A stretch of 64,000 nt of DNA from Eledone cirrhosa (taxonomy: Eukaryota), in NCBI GenBank assembly GCA_964016885.1, contig OZ024742.1:153450001-153514000 (forward strand). The letters run 5' to 3'. Below are positions 62,495 through 64,000 of this stretch, piece after piece. Made by a program: the position numbers and the translations under genes. How positions within the stretch are numbered: the stretch's first letter is position 1; each line of letters starts with the position of its first letter. A model generated the notes under the pieces. It ran no database searches, was not told the origin of the DNA, and saw only the letters and a program-made list of their open reading frames with translations.

Positions 62495-63040
62495 GATATT
62501 AAACAAATGGAAACTACATTTATAAAACCATATTTATTTCATTATATATATTTCAGGGATATCATATTAAACATATGGTATGCCCTCGTCAGACAAAATA
62601 CAATATATAAACAGTTTTATAAATAAATTTGACATACATTAAAACTTTACAACTTCCATAACAACTTTTTAAATGGAAGTTGTAAAGTTTTAAGGTATGT
62701 CAAATTTATTTATAAAACTGTTTATATATCGTATTTTGTCTGAAGAGGGCATACCATATTTTTAATATGATATCCCTGAAATATATATAATGAAATAAAT
62801 ATGGTTTTATAAATGTAGTTTCCATTTGTTTAATATTATATATATTATATATATATATATTATACATATATATATATATAATATATATATATACGATATT
62901 AAACAAATGGAAACTATATTTATAAAACCATATTTATTTCATTATACATATTTCGGGGATACCATATTAAAAATATGGCATGCCTTCTTCAGATAAAATA
63001 CAATATATAAACAGTTTTATAAATAATTTTGACGTACCAT
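62495..63040. mobile_element. Short fold-back (62495-62835) plus a third arm; hammerheads at 62536-62599 (minus), 62733-62796 (plus) and 62936-62999 (minus)
   Basis: atttt(a/g)t-CTGA(A/C)GA-(a/g)ggcat(a/g)ccatat..atatg(a/g)tatccc-(t/c)-GAAA-tat(a/g)tata-atgaaat. Confidence 0.82.
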
Positions 63041-64000
63041 AAATATTGATCAACTTTTATGTAAGAAGTTGGTTTGGTAGTGAGATGTTTATAAATATTT
63101 AGTGTTAAGCACAGTTAAAAAGAAAGACGGAGAAAAAGAAGAAATGTATGTAAAGAAAAACAGAGAGAAATAGAGAGAGATACGGGAGTGAGAAATAGTG
63201 AGGAGGTGAAAAAAGAGGCAGCTGAGGGAACAGATGAATAATAATAATTCATCATACAAATTGAGAGATTTAGAAGGGAGGGAGTACTACACTTATTTAG
63301 GTATAGTGTTAAGGAGACGGAGAGAAATAAAAAAATGAAGAGAAAACAGAGAGAGAGAGAAAGATAGAGGTAGGGGGAAAAAAGAGGTAGATCAAATAAT
63401 AATAATTATATATGGGGAGGTGAGAGAAATAGGAGAGAAGTAAGAGAGAAAACAAGAGAGAAACTCGAGAGGCAAATTTAAAATAACCGATACTTAGACT
63501 TCATCAAATATAAAGAGGGAGGAGAAGAAAGAGCTATATCTAGAGAGAGGGATGATAGATTTACATCTTTACGTTATGTCCTATCAATTTGAATTATCAA
63601 TTCATATGAAATGGCTATTATAATGTAAATATCAATATTCATGAATGAGACATAGATATATAATGTGTGAAAAATAATGACCATATGTTTAGTTTAAAAT
63701 TCTGAGGTCGATGTACCAAAAACTGAGATAAAACTTCAAAAAATACGGAAATATATAAGTATATATGTACTTTCCGGAAAAGTAAAGAAAGAGAAAAAGA
63801 GAAGGTCATCTCAAGTTCTAGTTGATACTATAGACATACCCATGATCTTACGTGATCAACTCTGTAATTTCTTGTTTCACAGAAAAAAATGTTTCCCTTG
63901 TGTTATAAAAGATGTTCCTATATATATATATATACATAACAAATATTTATTAATACTCTTGCCCTCACATACATGATTATCGTTCATGTATATAATATTA

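Overview
AT-rich animal genomic DNA, most likely octopus or another cephalopod (inferred from the SINE and LINE types and the microsatellite load). I recognise no host gene. The window is a mosaic of transposon debris inserted into (TA)n/(CA)n microsatellites: Penelope-like elements (PLEs, two of them Naiad-type with GIY-YIG), two Tx1/L1-like LINEs, RTE and R4/Dong fragments, a Helitron, tRNA-type SINEs and minisatellites. The main signal lies outside the ORF track. By eye I find about 30 type I hammerhead ribozyme (HHR) motifs in about 12 distinct sequence families. They include two non-coding tandem arrays (466-bp and 310-bp units, one HHR per unit) that look like retrozymes able to make circular RNA. 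There is also an HHR with a stem II of about 115 nt, and recurrent core variants. Nearly every HHR-bearing element is a fold-back: two inverted arms with their 3' ends pointing outward into (TA)n. Several carry kilobases of cryptic microsatellite inside their own tails. All alignments and folds were done by eye; element boundaries are approximate.
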